64,000 nucleotides of DNA from an uncultured bacterium (GCA_963768305.1 CAVYHE010000003.1:128001-192000), one strand, 5' to 3'; shown: positions 50,451-62,465, counted from the first letter of the stretch. Numbers and translations are program-made. Notes: generated by a model from the letters alone, not told the origin.

Positions 50451-51444
50451 ATGAGTGATATATATATCGATAGCTGCTTGCGGACAATTAGTCCGGGCTC
50501 AACAACTGTGGTCAAGCAACCTGCAAATGGGAAAGACCTACAGGCATCCGTTGCTTTTGATCCCGATCAAACTACAGTTAAAGAACTGAAGGCTCAGCAA
50601 GTTCAATTAGGTATCCATTCTGTCAATCCGTGGATTGCGGAGCCGGACGTTACAAAGCAGAAAACAACTACGGGGATGACCTTGAAGGAGACGCTACTGT
50701 GGCCGATTCTATGGCCGATAAGAGAAACGGCTTATAAAATATGCAGCCATGAACAATTGGGGTATGTCAGCCCCATAGAGGTTTTTCAATCATTAGCTTC
50801 AACTAATGATTCTGTTTATACGGGTATTCGAGATTATAGCTTTAAATCAAAAGGGCATAACTTAATAGATTATTCTAATAATCCGGTCCCTAATATTTTA
50901 AAGATCTATTTGTGTCTGGATCCCCAACACTCTTCCCGTATCTGAATATAGACCTCAAAATATAAGCGATAAATCCGATATAACTTATTATAGTATAAAA
51001 CCTTGGAGTAAAATTACTGGACTTAATGAAATACAATATTACAGCAAGGTTAACGGGAAGCCGGATTATTATTGGCCGAAAGCTTTCTTGCTTAAACTAT
51101 TAATATTAAAACCGGGCGAAATTACTTATCTTAATTGGGATCATTATTTTTCTCTTGTTGTTAAATCTAAGGTTGATTTGGGTAGCCGTTTAGTGTCTTT
51201 TGGGAAAGATGAAAAAGGTGTTTATTTAAGTGTTTATGATGCTTGGGATTTTAAACCTGGCGACGGGTTTTATAAAGTAAATAAACCAGCAAATCTTTTT
51301 GAGCGAATGGAGCCAATTACAATGAATATGATAGGTAAGCCTATATATATTTACGATAGATTCTATATTTCTGAAAAAGCCATTAAACAAGCAATCGCAG
51401 ACAGACAGCCTGATAACAAAGAGGAGATAGATTGGCATGAGTGA
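50451..51444 (+). CDS. Orphan protein, paralog A (frameshift near 50925)
   Basis: MSDIYIDS...TTVKELKAQ...NILKIYLCLDP, then after a frame change NTLPVSEYRPQ...SFGKDEKGVYLSVYDAWDFKP...KPIYIYDRFY; aligns end to end with the next gene. Confidence 0.75.
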
Positions 51445-52445
51445 TATAACAATCGATAGCAGCTTAGCGGCTATAAACACAGGTCCAAAAACTTTGGTCA
51501 AGGAACAACCTGCAAAGGGAAAAGACCCACAGACACCCGTTGCTTTTAATTCTAATCAAACTACAGTTAAAGAACTGAGGGCTCAGCACGCACAATTGGG
51601 GAAGAGTCTGTCGATCCATGGATCGCGGAACCGGATATTACAAATCAGAAAAAAAACGCGGGAACTGACTTTAAAAGATAAATTGCTGAGGCAGATAAGA
51701 AAAGTCGCATATACAATCTGCAGCTATAGAGAAGAAAGCGAGAGAAGGCCTGGTTTTAAAAGCATAATGGACATTTTTGAGGCATTGGTATGTAAAAGCC
51801 AAATTCCTTATATTGGCCTTAGGCAAGGGATGAATCCAAATTCTCCATTGTTATCTAAAACCGCCATAAATATTTTAAGGATCTATTTATGTTTAGATCC
51901 AAATACTCTTCCAATATCTGAATATCGCCCGCAATCCATCAGCGATAAAGCTGACCAAATCTATTATAGTATTAAGCCATGGAGCGGAACACGCGAATTT
52001 TATGAAGCGAAAGAAAGAGCTATCCATCATTCGGGTCCGACCAGGATGATGATTATATTTGGACTTCAGAATTTTTACATAACTGTTACAACTTAAGCCC
52101 GGGGACATAACATACTTAAGCGGAGAACATTATCATACTTCCGAAGGGTTTTTAAATTACATCGGGGATTCGCCCTATTATTCCGGTTATTCCTTGGGAA
52201 ATTATCTTCTTTCTTTTGGCAGGGATAAACAAGGGGTTTTTATGAGCATTTATGATATCTATGATTTTAAGCCCAATGCAGGATATTATCATAGGGGATA
52301 TTATAATGATAGACCACTAACGCTTTTGGATAGAATTGAACCAGTGTTATTATCCGCAGTAAGCAAGCCAATTTACATTTATGACAGATACTATTTATCT
52401 GAAAAAGACATTAAGAATGAACTTGACCGCAGGCAAAGAAGATAG
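51437..52445 (+). CDS. Orphan protein, paralog B (frameshift near 52040-52090)
   Basis: MSDITIDS...TTVKELRAQ...NILRIYLCLDPNTLPISEYRPQ...SFGRDKQGVFMSIYDIYDFKP...KPIYIYDRYY; GAGGAG RBS. Confidence 0.75.
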
Positions 52446-52483
52446 ATAGAGCCTCCCTTATTATTATGCTAAAATAGTCCCCT

Positions 52484-55400
52484 ATGTCTCGAGGTTTTAT
52501 ACATCTTCATGTGCATTCCGAATACAGCCTGCTTGACGGCGCCAGCCGAATAGAGGACCTCGCAAAAAGGGCCAAAGACCTGGGAATGAAGGGAATGGCC
52601 ATCACCGACCACGGAAGCATGTACGGCGCCGTGAAATTTTACATGCAAATGAAGGAAGCCGGCATAAAACCGCTCATCGGAAGCGAGCTGTATGTCGCGC
52701 CAAACGGAAGATTCACCAAAAACACAGCTGAAGACAGGTCGCCATACCACCTGACCGCTCATCGCGAAGAACATGACCGGATATAAGAACCTGGTAAAAC
52801 TCGTGTCAAAAGGCCACATCGAAGGGTTTTATTCCAGGCCGAGAGTGGACAGGGAGCTTATCGAACAATATAAGGACGGGCTTATAATCCTGTCAGGCTG
52901 CGCCAAGGGCGAGCTCGCCAGGCTGATCCTTGCCAATGAAAACAAGAAAGCAAAAGAGCTTGCCGCGTTTTATAAAGAGCCTTTTCGGCGCGGATTACTA
53001 TCTTGAGATGATGTACCACGGCATGACGGAACAGAAGAACAATCAATGCTTATCTTGAGAAACTCAGCAGGGAAATGGATATCCCTTGCGTCGCGACCAA
53101 CGACTCCCATTACACGTTGAAGGATGACGCGAGGGGGCAGGACATAATGCTCTGCATCCAGACAGGATCTTTCCTTAATGATACCGACCGAATGAAATTC
53201 CCGCAACGAATTCTACATCAAATCTTACTCCGAAATGAAAAATAATTTTTCCGATAATGAGGACGCGCTTGCGAATACCGTCGAGGTCATGGAAAAATGC
53301 GAACTTGAACTCGATCTTGGCAGGTATTTGATACCCGGATTTCCCCGTCCCGTCCGGCGAGACAGCGGATTCATTCCTTGAAAAACTGAGTTTTGACGGC
53401 ATCAATCAGAAATACGGGGTCAAGACAAAGGACAAAGTCGGGGAAAGAGATCATGGTCATCCCTCCCGAGATAAAGGACAGGGTCAAATACGAGCTTAGC
53501 GTCATCAAGCAGACGGGTTTCGCTTCATACTTTCTGATAGTGAATGATTTCATAAATTTCGCCAGGTCCGCCGGCATCCAGGTCGGGCCGGGCCGCGGTT
53601 CCGCGGCGGGAAGCATCGTTTCATATTCTCTCGGGATAACCAGCCTTGACCCTCTCAAATACGGGCTGATGTTCGAAAGGTTCCTGAACCCCGAGAGAAT
53701 ATCCATGCCTGATATCGACATGGATTTCTGCTATGAAAGGCGCCAGGAAGTCATAGATTACGTCGTGAAAAAATACGGGAAAGAACGCGTCGCCCAGATC
53801 ATAACTTTCGGGACAATGGCGGCAAGGGCCGCAATAAGGGACGTTGGCCGGGTTGAACAGGTGCCTTTGTCGGAAGTGGATAAGATAGCGAAAATGGTCC
53901 CCATAATGAAGGACGTGACGCATCGATAAAGCGATGGCGGAGATCAAGGAATTAAAAGCCGCCTATGACAGGGACCCGAAGATAAAAGCGCTCATCGATG
54001 ACGCAAAACGGATCGAAGGGATGGTGAGGCACGCGTCCACGCATGCCGCGGGCGTGGTCATATCAAAGGAAGAGCTTACCGATCTTGTTCCTGTCCAGCT
54101 TATAAATGATACTCAGACGATGACGCAGTACGACATGGATGACCTGAAAGAGCTGGGGATCTTGAAAATGGATTTCCTGGGGCTGCGGAACCTTTCGATG
54201 ATCGCTCACGCGGTCGATATTATCAAGCATACAAAGATATCGATCTGAACATTAAGGAACTTCCGACCGACGATACCGCTACTTACCAGCTTCTTTGCAG
54301 CGGGAACACGATAGGCATTTTCCAGCTGGAAAGCCGGGGAATGAGAGCGCTAATAAAAGACCTTAAGCCGACTTCTTTCGAGGAAATAATCCCGTTGATC
54401 GCTCTTTACCGTCCGGGCCCGATAGAGGGCGGAATGGTGGAAGATTTCGTCAAAAGGAAGCACAAACAGGTCGCCGTCAAATATGAGCTTCCGGAGCTGG
54501 AGCCGATACTGCGGGAAACCCACGGCGTCATACTTTACCAGGAGCAGGTCATGGAGATAGCGAGCAAGATCGCCGGATTACACGCTGGCGCAGGCGGATG
54601 TTCTCAGGTCCGCCATGGGGAAGAAAAAAGAGAAGGAGATGCACGCGCAAAAAGAGAAATTCATCGAAGGCGCGAAGAAAAAAGGCTTCTCCGAGAATAA
54701 GGCGACCATACTTTTCAATCTCTGTTCCAAAGTTCGCGGGTTACGGCTTCAACAAGAGCCATTCCGCCTCATATTCGGTCATATCTTTCCAGACGGCATA
54801 TCTAAAGGCGAATTATCCAGTGGAGTTCATGGCGTCGCTTCTCACATCCGTCACAGGCGATGCGGACAAGGTGAGCATGTACATATCCGAATGCCAGAAG
54901 ATGAAAATAAAGGTCATGCCCCCGGATGTGAACGAAAGCTTGAAAGATTTCACCGTCGTCGGCGACGGGATAAGATTCGGATTGGTGGCGATAAAGAATG
55001 TCGGGATCGGAGCCGTGGAGAATATCATCGCCGTCCGGAAAAAGAGACGGCAAGTTCACTTCGCTTCTCGATTTCTGCGAAAGGGTCGACCTCCGCGCCG
55101 TGAATAAGCGTGTGGTGGAAAGCCTGATAAAGAGCGGGGCTTTTGACAGCATCGGCAGGAGAGCCGCTCTATTGAACAAGCTGGAATCGACTTTAGATAA
55201 AGCTGCTCTTACCCAAAAGGAAACATCCAACGGGCAAAGTTCGCTTTTCCAGATAGAAAAGAAGTCTTTTCATCATGGGGCTCCCGAGCCTGACGATGCC
55301 GCGGAATTCAATCCGGACGAGCTTCTAAAGATGGAAAAAGAAATGCTGGGGCTTTATATTTCCGGCCATCCGCTTGCTTCGTATCAGCGAACTTCTGGAG

Positions 55401-55934
55401 GAACAGGCGAAAACAAAAGCTTCCGATCTTGCCGAAAGGAAAGAAGGCGAAATGGTGACGGTCGGCGGGATACTTTCTTCCTGCAGAAAACTGACGACCA
55501 GGCGAAAAGAACTGATGATGGTGGCGAACATCGAGGACATGACGGGGACCATTCCAGTGGTCATATTCCCGAGATCGTATGAAAAATATGCTTCGATGCT
55601 TTTTGATGATGCGATAGTCATCATAAAAGGCAAGGTAAACATGGATTCCATGAACGACGAAAAAAAAGTGATATGCGATATTGTAAAGCCGCTTTCAAAG
55701 AAGAGGGCGGTCGAAGGATATTCCATGTAAAGGTGGATAAAGAGAAATTCAGCACTCTTCCGCAGTTGAAGAGCATTTTCGGCTCGTTCAAAGGGCAGGG
55801 ATCCAGTTTATCTTCACATGGACGGCAAAATGGTGAAAGTGGGGGAGGAACATTATATTTCCATAGATCCCGCCATTGTTTCGCAGGTGGAAGATCTTCT
55901 TGGCAGGGACTCGGCTTGGGTGGATAATCAGTAA
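52484..55934 (+). CDS. dnaE: DNA polymerase III alpha subunit (about a dozen frameshifts)
   Basis: [16 protein letters not shown] domain, [32 protein letters not shown] and OB-fold pieces in successive frames. Confidence 0.95.
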
Positions 55935-55951
55935 AGAAAGGACGGATAAAT

Positions 55952-56272
55952 ATGGCGGTAATCGATGAATTGAAATTCGACAGCAAAGGCCTTATTCCGG
56001 CGATAGTCCAGGACGAGAAGACAAAGGATGTCCTAATGATGGCTTACATGAACAAGGAATCTCTTAAAAAAACGCTGAAGGAGGGAAAAGCCTGCTACTG
56101 GAGCCGTTCAAGAAAAAAATTATGGACGAAAGGCGAGACTTCCGGGAATTTCCAGCAAGTGAAAGCGATATATTATGACTGCGATATGGACACGCTTCTT
56201 CTCATGGTGGACCAAACGGGTGCCGCGTGCCATACAGGGAACCGCAGCTGCTTCTTCAGGAAATTGACTTAA
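55952..56272 (+). CDS. hisI: Phosphoribosyl-AMP cyclohydrolase
   Basis: [27 protein letters not shown]. Confidence 0.96.
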   Translation: MAVIDELKFDSKGLIPAIVQDEKTKDVLMMAYMNKESLKKTLKEGKACYWSRSRKKLWTKGETSGNFQQVKAIYYDCDMDTLLLMVDQTGAACHTGNRSCFFRKLT

Positions 56273-56311
56273 GATTTTGTACCTTGTTCGTTTAATATTG
56301 CGATTTGCCTG

Positions 56312-57036
56312 GTGCTTGGAATTTGGTCATTGGTAATTTGTCCCTTACCTGCTAATGCTCAAGGGACCATCGAAACATTTTCAATGCCGATTTCGTTTGT
56401 AACAGGATCGATATGGAACGGCGACAGGCACAGGAACGTGGTCGCTCTCACGTTCGACGACGGCCCAAAGCCTGAATTTTGCCAGCCGATACTGGATATA
56501 CTTGACAAATACGGGGCGAAAGCGACTTTTTTTGTTGTCGGCAAAGAGGCGCAGGATAATCCGGACCTGATCATGCGGATGGAGAACAGCGGCCATGAGA
56601 TCGGTAACCACACTTATTCCCATACTTCCGTAAAGGACAGGCCGGTCGGCGACGCGCTGTCGGATATCCAAAAATGCAGCGAAGTAATATATAATATAAC
56701 CGGCAAACAGCCGAAGTATTTCCGTCCTCCCGGAGGCGGCTATAACCAGGCAATTCAAAGGGTTTAAAGAGGATGGGGCTTCGGACGGTTTACTGGTCAT
56801 TGAACGCGGGGGATTTCATTGATATCACGCCCGGATACGAAGTCCCGGATGATTTCCAGAAAATGGCAGATGCTCTTTCAAAAAAGATCATCGATAAGGC
56901 TCAGCCGGGGGATATAATACTTTTGCATAACGGGAGCGAGCAGACCGTAAGGGCGTTGCCTGTCATATTGAAGGAGTTAAAAGCAAAAGGCTACAGTTTC
57001 GTGACGATAAGCGATCTTATAGGAGAAAATAACTGA
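56312..57036 (+). CDS. Polysaccharide deacetylase, NodB family (frameshift near 56760)
   Basis: LTFDDGP, ATFFVVG, GNHTYSH, FRPPGG, IILLH. Confidence 0.9.
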
Positions 57037-57798
57037 TGCTGGCAAGAAGGATAATACCATGCCTGGATGTTACGGAGGGACGCGTCGTAAAAGGCGTGAA
57101 ATTTGTCGACCTCAAGGACGCCGGCGACCCGGTTGAGCTGGCGGCTTTTTACGATAAAGAAGGCGCGGACGAACTGACTTTCCTTGATATCACCGCTTCC
57201 GCGCAAAATCGCTACATAATGATCGATATCGTCCGAAAAGTGGCGGAAAAGGTCTTTATCCCTTTCACCGTCGGCGGCGGGATAAACGACATCGAAAATG
57301 ATCAAAGAGATACTTAAGTCCGGCGCGGACAAAGTTTCGATCAATACCGCGGCGATAAAAGATCCCGACCTCATCAAAAAGGCCTCTGATAAATTCGGCA
57401 GCCAGTGCATCGTGGTCGCGATCGATGCAAAGAAAAATTCAGACAAGCCGTCCTGGGAAGTTTATGTGAATGGCGGAAGGACGCCGACAGGCATCGATGC
57501 GGTGGAATGGGCGAAAACGGCGGAAAAACTCGGCGCTGGAGAGATACTTTTGACCAGCATGGACAAGGACGGGACAAAGAACGGTTACGATCTTGAGCTG
57601 ACAAAAACGATATCGAGGGGCGTTAATATACCGGTGATCGCTTCAGGCGGGGCCGGTTCCATGGAGCATGTATATGAAGCTCTTACCCGCGGAGGAGCTG
57701 ATGCGGCCCTTCTTGCCTCCTGCCTCCATTACTGCGAATTCAGCATAAAGGAATTGAAGGGATATCTCTCCAGAAAAGGGATCCCTGTAAGATTATAA
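57036..57798 (+). CDS. hisF: Imidazole glycerol phosphate synthase cyclase subunit (frameshift near 57297)
   Basis: [42 protein letters not shown]. Confidence 0.96.
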
Positions 57799-57800
57799 AA

Positions 57801-58628
57801 ATGGGCATCAATCAATATCTTTCAAAAAGAAGAGCGGTCGTTGATAAAGCATTGGTCCGATATCTTCCCAAAGGGGATAAATATTCAAAATTACTTAGTG
57901 ATGCCGTTCGATACTCCGTCATGTCCGGCGGGAAAAGGATAAGGCCGATGCTTGCGCTGGCTGCCTGCGAAGCTGTTTCCGGAAGCTATAAACAGGCTGT
58001 TCCTGTCGCTGCGGCGGTCGAAATGATCCACACTTACACATTGATCCACGACGACCTTCCCGCGATGGATGATGATGATACACGCAGGGGAAAGCCGTCC
58101 AATCATAAAGTTTTCGGGGAAGATGCGGCGATACTTGCAGGCGATATGCTGAATACTTTAGCTTTTGAGATAATTGCCAAAAATTGCGGGGATCGATCAG
58201 CCGGGATCATCTCTGAACTTTCAAAAGCGCTGGGGATCGACGGCGTGGTAGGGGGGCAGATGGCAGATCTCAGGGCTAAAGATAAGAAGATCGATCTTGC
58301 TGAACTCAATTATATCGGTCTGCATAAGACGGCGGACCTCTTCGTCGCAAGTGTTCGATGCGGCGCGATAGCGGGTTCGGCGAAGTCCTCGGAAATATCG
58401 AAATTAACGGCTTATGCCCGTCATCTGGGACTTGCGTTTCAGATTATTGATGATATATTAGACCATAAGCGAAGCTCAAAGAACGATTATCCCGCGCTTC
58501 TCGGCATGGATAAAGCCAAAGAACTGGCCCGATCGGAGATCCGGAAAGCGTTAAAATCTTTGCCCGGCGGTCCGAATTTCGATGTTTTCAAGGATATCGC
58601 CGTTTATCTGGCTCAAAGAAAGGATTGA
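57801..58628 (+). CDS. ispA: Farnesyl/geranylgeranyl diphosphate synthase
   Basis: GGKRIRP, IHDDLPAMDDDDTRRGKP, GGQ, FQIIDDILD. Confidence 0.92.
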   Translation: MGINQYLSKRRAVVDKALVRYLPKGDKYSKLLSDAVRYSVMSGGKRIRPMLALAACEAVSGSYKQAVPVAAAVEMIHTYTLIHDDLPAMDDDDTRRGKPSNHKVFGEDAAILAGDMLNTLAFEIIAKNCGDRSAGIISELSKALGIDGVVGGQMADLRAKDKKIDLAELNYIGLHKTADLFVASVRCGAIAGSAKSSEISKLTAYARHLGLAFQIIDDILDHKRSSKNDYPALLGMDKAKELARSEIRKALKSLPGGPNFDVFKDIAVYLAQRKD

Positions 58629-58629
58629 T

Positions 58630-59013
58630 ATGCTCAAAGCTTTTATTATCGGCTCATTTTTGAACATTACGCTGATGACCGCGCTTGTCTCAATGCTTTT
58701 AGCGCAGATATTGAAGATAATTTATTATTTTATAGTGGAAAAAAGGATCAATTTGATCCATTTCTTTGAGGCGGGCGGCATGCCGTCTTCTCACTCCGCA
58801 CTTGTTTGTTCCCTTGTGACAATAGTGGGCTTGCGCCAGGGATTTGATTCAGTGTTCTATGCAGTGGTCTTTGTTTTTGCGGTGATCGTGATGTACGATG
58901 CGATGAAGGTCCGTCATGAAGATGTAGGGCATACCCTTGTTGAAGTATCCACAGGAGGCATTCTCGGCATCATAATTTCATTGATATCAAATTTATATCT
59001 CTTCAGAGGTTAA
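58630..59013 (+). CDS. Divergent PAP2 family (DUF212) membrane protein
   Basis: AQILK, GGMPSSHSA, VMYDA, GHT..EV; lies between ispA and dxs. Confidence 0.9.
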   Translation: MLKAFIIGSFLNITLMTALVSMLLAQILKIIYYFIVEKRINLIHFFEAGGMPSSHSALVCSLVTIVGLRQGFDSVFYAVVFVFAVIVMYDAMKVRHEDVGHTLVEVSTGGILGIIISLISNLYLFRG

Positions 59014-59014
59014 T

Positions 59015-60895
59015 GTGCCGGAATTACTTTCCAATCTGAACCTTCCTTATGATCTGAGGCATTTGTCCTCTTCACAGTTGGAAGATCTTGCAAAAGAGGT
59101 AAGGTCGCTTATCATAGAAACGACTTCACGCGTCGGCGGTCATCTTTCTTCATCACTTGGGGCCGTCGAGCTGGCCCTGGCTATCCACGCTGTCTATGAT
59201 TCACCGAAGGACAAGATCTTGTGGGACGTGGGCCATCAGGCGTATGCCCATAAGATATTGACCAGCAGGAGCTCAAAGTTCGGTACGCTGCGTCAGCTTG
59301 GCGGTATTTCCGGATTTCCGAACAAGGATGAATCCCCTCACGACCCGTTCACTGTCGGCCATGCGAGCAATTCTATATCTCTGGCACTTGGTCTTGCAAA
59401 AGCGAGAGAGCTTTCCGGCGAAAAATATAATGTAGTGAGCGTCATTGGTGACGGTTCTATTTCCGGCGGCCTGGCGTTGGAGGGGATGAATAATCTTATA
59501 GGATTAAAAGACAATCTCGTCATTATCCTTAACGATAACCAGCTTTCCATTTCCAAGAATGTCGGAGCGATCGCCGATTATTTCACAAAACTCCGTACAA
59601 GCAGTACTTATGTTAACTTCAGGAACAGGGTGGAGAAGATGCTCGAGCGCATCCCGAGGATAGGCGACAATCTGGTCAAACGGGCCGAGAATATGAAGAA
59701 CCGGCTAAAGCATTTCGTCGTTGATTTCAATGTCGGGGTCATTATCGAAGAGCTCGGCATTAGATATCTCGGGCCCATCGACGGGCATAACATCCCCCTC
59801 CTTATCGGGACGCTTCAATACGCGAAGGAAGTTAAAGGACCGATAGTTGTGCATGTGCATACACAAAAAGGCAAAGGATATAATCCTTCGGAAACGGATC
59901 CGACGAAATTCCATGGAATAGCCCCTTTTAATATAGAGACCGGAAAAGTGATATCAAAAAGCGAAGTCCCGACATACACATCGGTTTTTGGCAAAACCCT
60001 TGCAAATCTTGCTGAGCGGAACGATAAGATCCTTGCTGTAACAGCCGCGATGCTGGATGGCACCGGCCTGGATGAATTTTATAGAACATATCCAAATAGA
60101 TTGTTCGATGTCGGTATAGCCGAAGAACACGCGGTGACTTTTTCAGCCGGGCTTGCAAAAGCGGGCTTCAAGCCGGTCGTTGCTGTTTATTCAACTTTTC
60201 TTCAGCGTGCGTATGATGAGATCGTTCATGATATTTGCCTGCAGAACCTCCCGGTTGTTTTTGCTATTGACCGCGCCGGCATAGTCGGGGAGGACGGGGC
60301 GACCCATAACGGGATATTTGATATCGCTTATCTTCGACATATCCCCAATCTGACTTTAATGGCGCCAAAAGATGAGAATGAGCTTCAGCACATGCTGGCT
60401 GCTGCCTTCGATCATAACGGTCCGATCGCTATCAGATATCCCCGGGGACAGGGAATAGGTATAGGTTTGGATGCAGGATTCAAGAAAATCGAGATCGGCA
60501 AAGCTGAAATTGTGTATACATCCCATCTCTCATCTCCCACCTCTCATCTCCTGATTATTGCCATCGGTTCCATGGTCTACCCGGCGATCAAGGCGGCGAA
60601 GCTAGCGGAAAAGAACGGAATAAGTTCTACGGTGGTCAATGCAAGGTTCGCCAAGCCGCTTGATAGCGAACTTATTATCAAGTTGGCAAAGGCAGCAGAT
60701 AAGGTTGTTACGGTCGAAGAGGGTGTGTTGGATGGTGGATTTGGAAGTGCTATCACTGAACTTTTGTCCGATCAAGGGATCCAAAAACCCGTCAAAAGGA
60801 TCGGCCTGCCGTCACAGTTCATTGAACACGGGAAAAGGTCTCAGATACTGGACATATACGGCCTTACCCCGGAAAAAATAGCTTCCGCTTTTTGA
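59015..60895 (+). CDS. dxs: 1-deoxy-D-xylulose-5-phosphate synthase
   Basis: GGHLSSSLG, WDVGHQAY, GDGS...NDN, FDVGIAEEH, YSTFLQR, AIRYPRG. Confidence 0.97.
   Translation: MPELLSNLNLPYDLRHLSSSQLEDLAKEVRSLIIETTSRVGGHLSSSLGAVELALAIHAVYDSPKDKILWDVGHQAYAHKILTSRSSKFGTLRQLGGISGFPNKDESPHDPFTVGHASNSISLALGLAKARELSGEKYNVVSVIGDGSISGGLALEGMNNLIGLKDNLVIILNDNQLSISKNVGAIADYFTKLRTSSTYVNFRNRVEKMLERIPRIGDNLVKRAENMKNRLKHFVVDFNVGVIIEELGIRYLGPIDGHNIPLLIGTLQYAKEVKGPIVVHVHTQKGKGYNPSETDPTKFHGIAPFNIETGKVISKSEVPTYTSVFGKTLANLAERNDKILAVTAAMLDGTGLDEFYRTYPNRLFDVGIAEEHAVTFSAGLAKAGFKPVVAVYSTFLQRAYDEIVHDICLQNLPVVFAIDRAGIVGEDGATHNGIFDIAYLRHIPNLTLMAPKDENELQHMLAAAFDHNGPIAIRYPRGQGIGIGLDAGFKKIEIGKAEIVYTSHLSSPTSHLLIIAIGSMVYPAIKAAKLAEKNGISSTVVNARFAKPLDSELIIKLAKAADKVVTVEEGVLDGGFGSAITELLSDQGIQKPVKRIGLPSQFIEHGKRSQILDIYGLTPEKIASAF
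60521..60551 (+). repeat. Heptamer array inside dxs (tcccatc-tctcatc-tcccacc-tctcatc)
   Basis: 7-nt periodicity; encodes SHLSSPTSHL. Confidence 0.75.
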
Positions 60896-62465
60896 ATACC
60901 TGATGTCTTCTCCAATGGAGATCATCTTGAAGAGGGAAATCAGACCTGTTATGGGCGCCGCGGGATTCTTTTCTGTTCAATGCGGCCTGCGTTATCAATA
61001 AGGAAGTCGTGACCATGTTCTTAAGTTCCAATTCATCTTTATTATCCGGGATTTGCTTGATCTTGCTGTTGATCTTCTTTAATCCAATAAGGGCGGACCT
61101 CAATTCTTTTCCGTTGCGGATAATGCCGACTTTTTCCCACATTATGGTTTTTATGTCCTGTTTTAAACGCTTTATCTCGTCAGGCGCCATAACAGGCGGA
61201 ATTTGTCCTGTCAATTTAGGCTTATAACTTTCTATTATCCTGCCGATTTCCGGTGAAATGCTTTGATGCATCGCATTCAGAGCCGCCCTGTAGCCGAATA
61301 CAAGTCCGTCAAGCAGGGAATTGCTGGCAAGCCTGTTTGCTCCGTGTATACCCGATGAAGAGACTTCGCCGGCCGCATAAAGGCCCGCGATATTGGTCCT
61401 GCCGTCCGTGTCTATCTTTATCCCTCCCATAAAATAATGCGCCGCCGGAGTGACGGGGATCCTTTCTTGCGTAATGTCGATCCCGCGTTTAAAACATTCC
61501 TCATATATCTTCGGAAATCTTGTTTTGATCTTGTTTACGCCGATCGGCGACAGGTTCAAGTACACATGGTCCGAGTCCGGTCGCATTCATTTCTGCGAGT
61601 ATCGATCTTGATACCACGTCGCGGGGGGCCAATTCTTTTAACAGGTGGTATTTCGGCATAAACCTTTCGCCCATTGTGTTTTCAAGTATGGCGCCTTCGC
61701 CCCTGACCGCTTCGGATATCAAAAATCTTGTTTCCACGATATTGCTGATAAAAAGCGTCGTTGGATGGAACTGGACGAATTCCATATCCGTCACTTCAGC
61801 GCCTGCGCGGTAAGCCATAGCTATCCCGTCGCCTGTTGCGAAAGAAGGATTGGTGTTATGCAGATAAACCTGGCCGATGCCTCCGGTCGCAAGCAAAGTG
61901 GCTTTAGCAAGAAAGATTATTTTCCTGTGATTTTGGGTATCGATCACTTCCGCTCCTATGCATCTATTATTCTTGATTATCAGGTCTTTTCCGCAGATGA
62001 AATTGCGGACATCAACAAGTTTTTCTTTTAACAATGTCGCGGCAAGGCCTCTTTCAATTTCGGAGCCAGTGGCGTCGCCCGCGTGAAGTATCCTTCTGTG
62101 GCTATGCGCGCCTTCAAGCGCCAGCTCGTACACATCGCCGATCTTGTCGAATTTCACGCCCATATTATAAGTTCATGGACTCTTTTTACGCCTTCATTGA
62201 CCAGTATCTTGACCGCGTTCTCGTCGCTTAATCCGACCCCGACGTCGAGAGTATCCTGCATGTGGAAGAGGGGAGAATCCTTTTCTTCGTCGATCGCCGC
62301 CGCAATGCCGCCCTGGGCATATTCCGTGGCTGTTTCGCCGGTTTTGCCTTTTGTGAGGAGGATGACCTTGCCGCTGTGGCTTGCTTCTATGGCGGCGGAA
62401 AGCCCCGCTATCCCTCCGCCGATTATCAGCAGGTCGCATTTAATGACATGTTCTCCGTTGATCAT
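60864..62465 (-). CDS. nadB: L-aspartate oxidase (two frameshifts)
   Basis: GGGIAGL, AQGGIAA, EGAHSHRRILHAGDATG, QFHPT, PAAHYFMGG, HGANRLASNSL, ESRGAH. Confidence 0.95.

Noticed and set aside
52484..55934. Programmed frameshifting, intein or split dnaE
   Set aside because: The breaks are numerous and scattered, lack slippery-site plus structure signatures and intein motifs, and the same pattern affects many unrelated genes, so assembly error is more likely.
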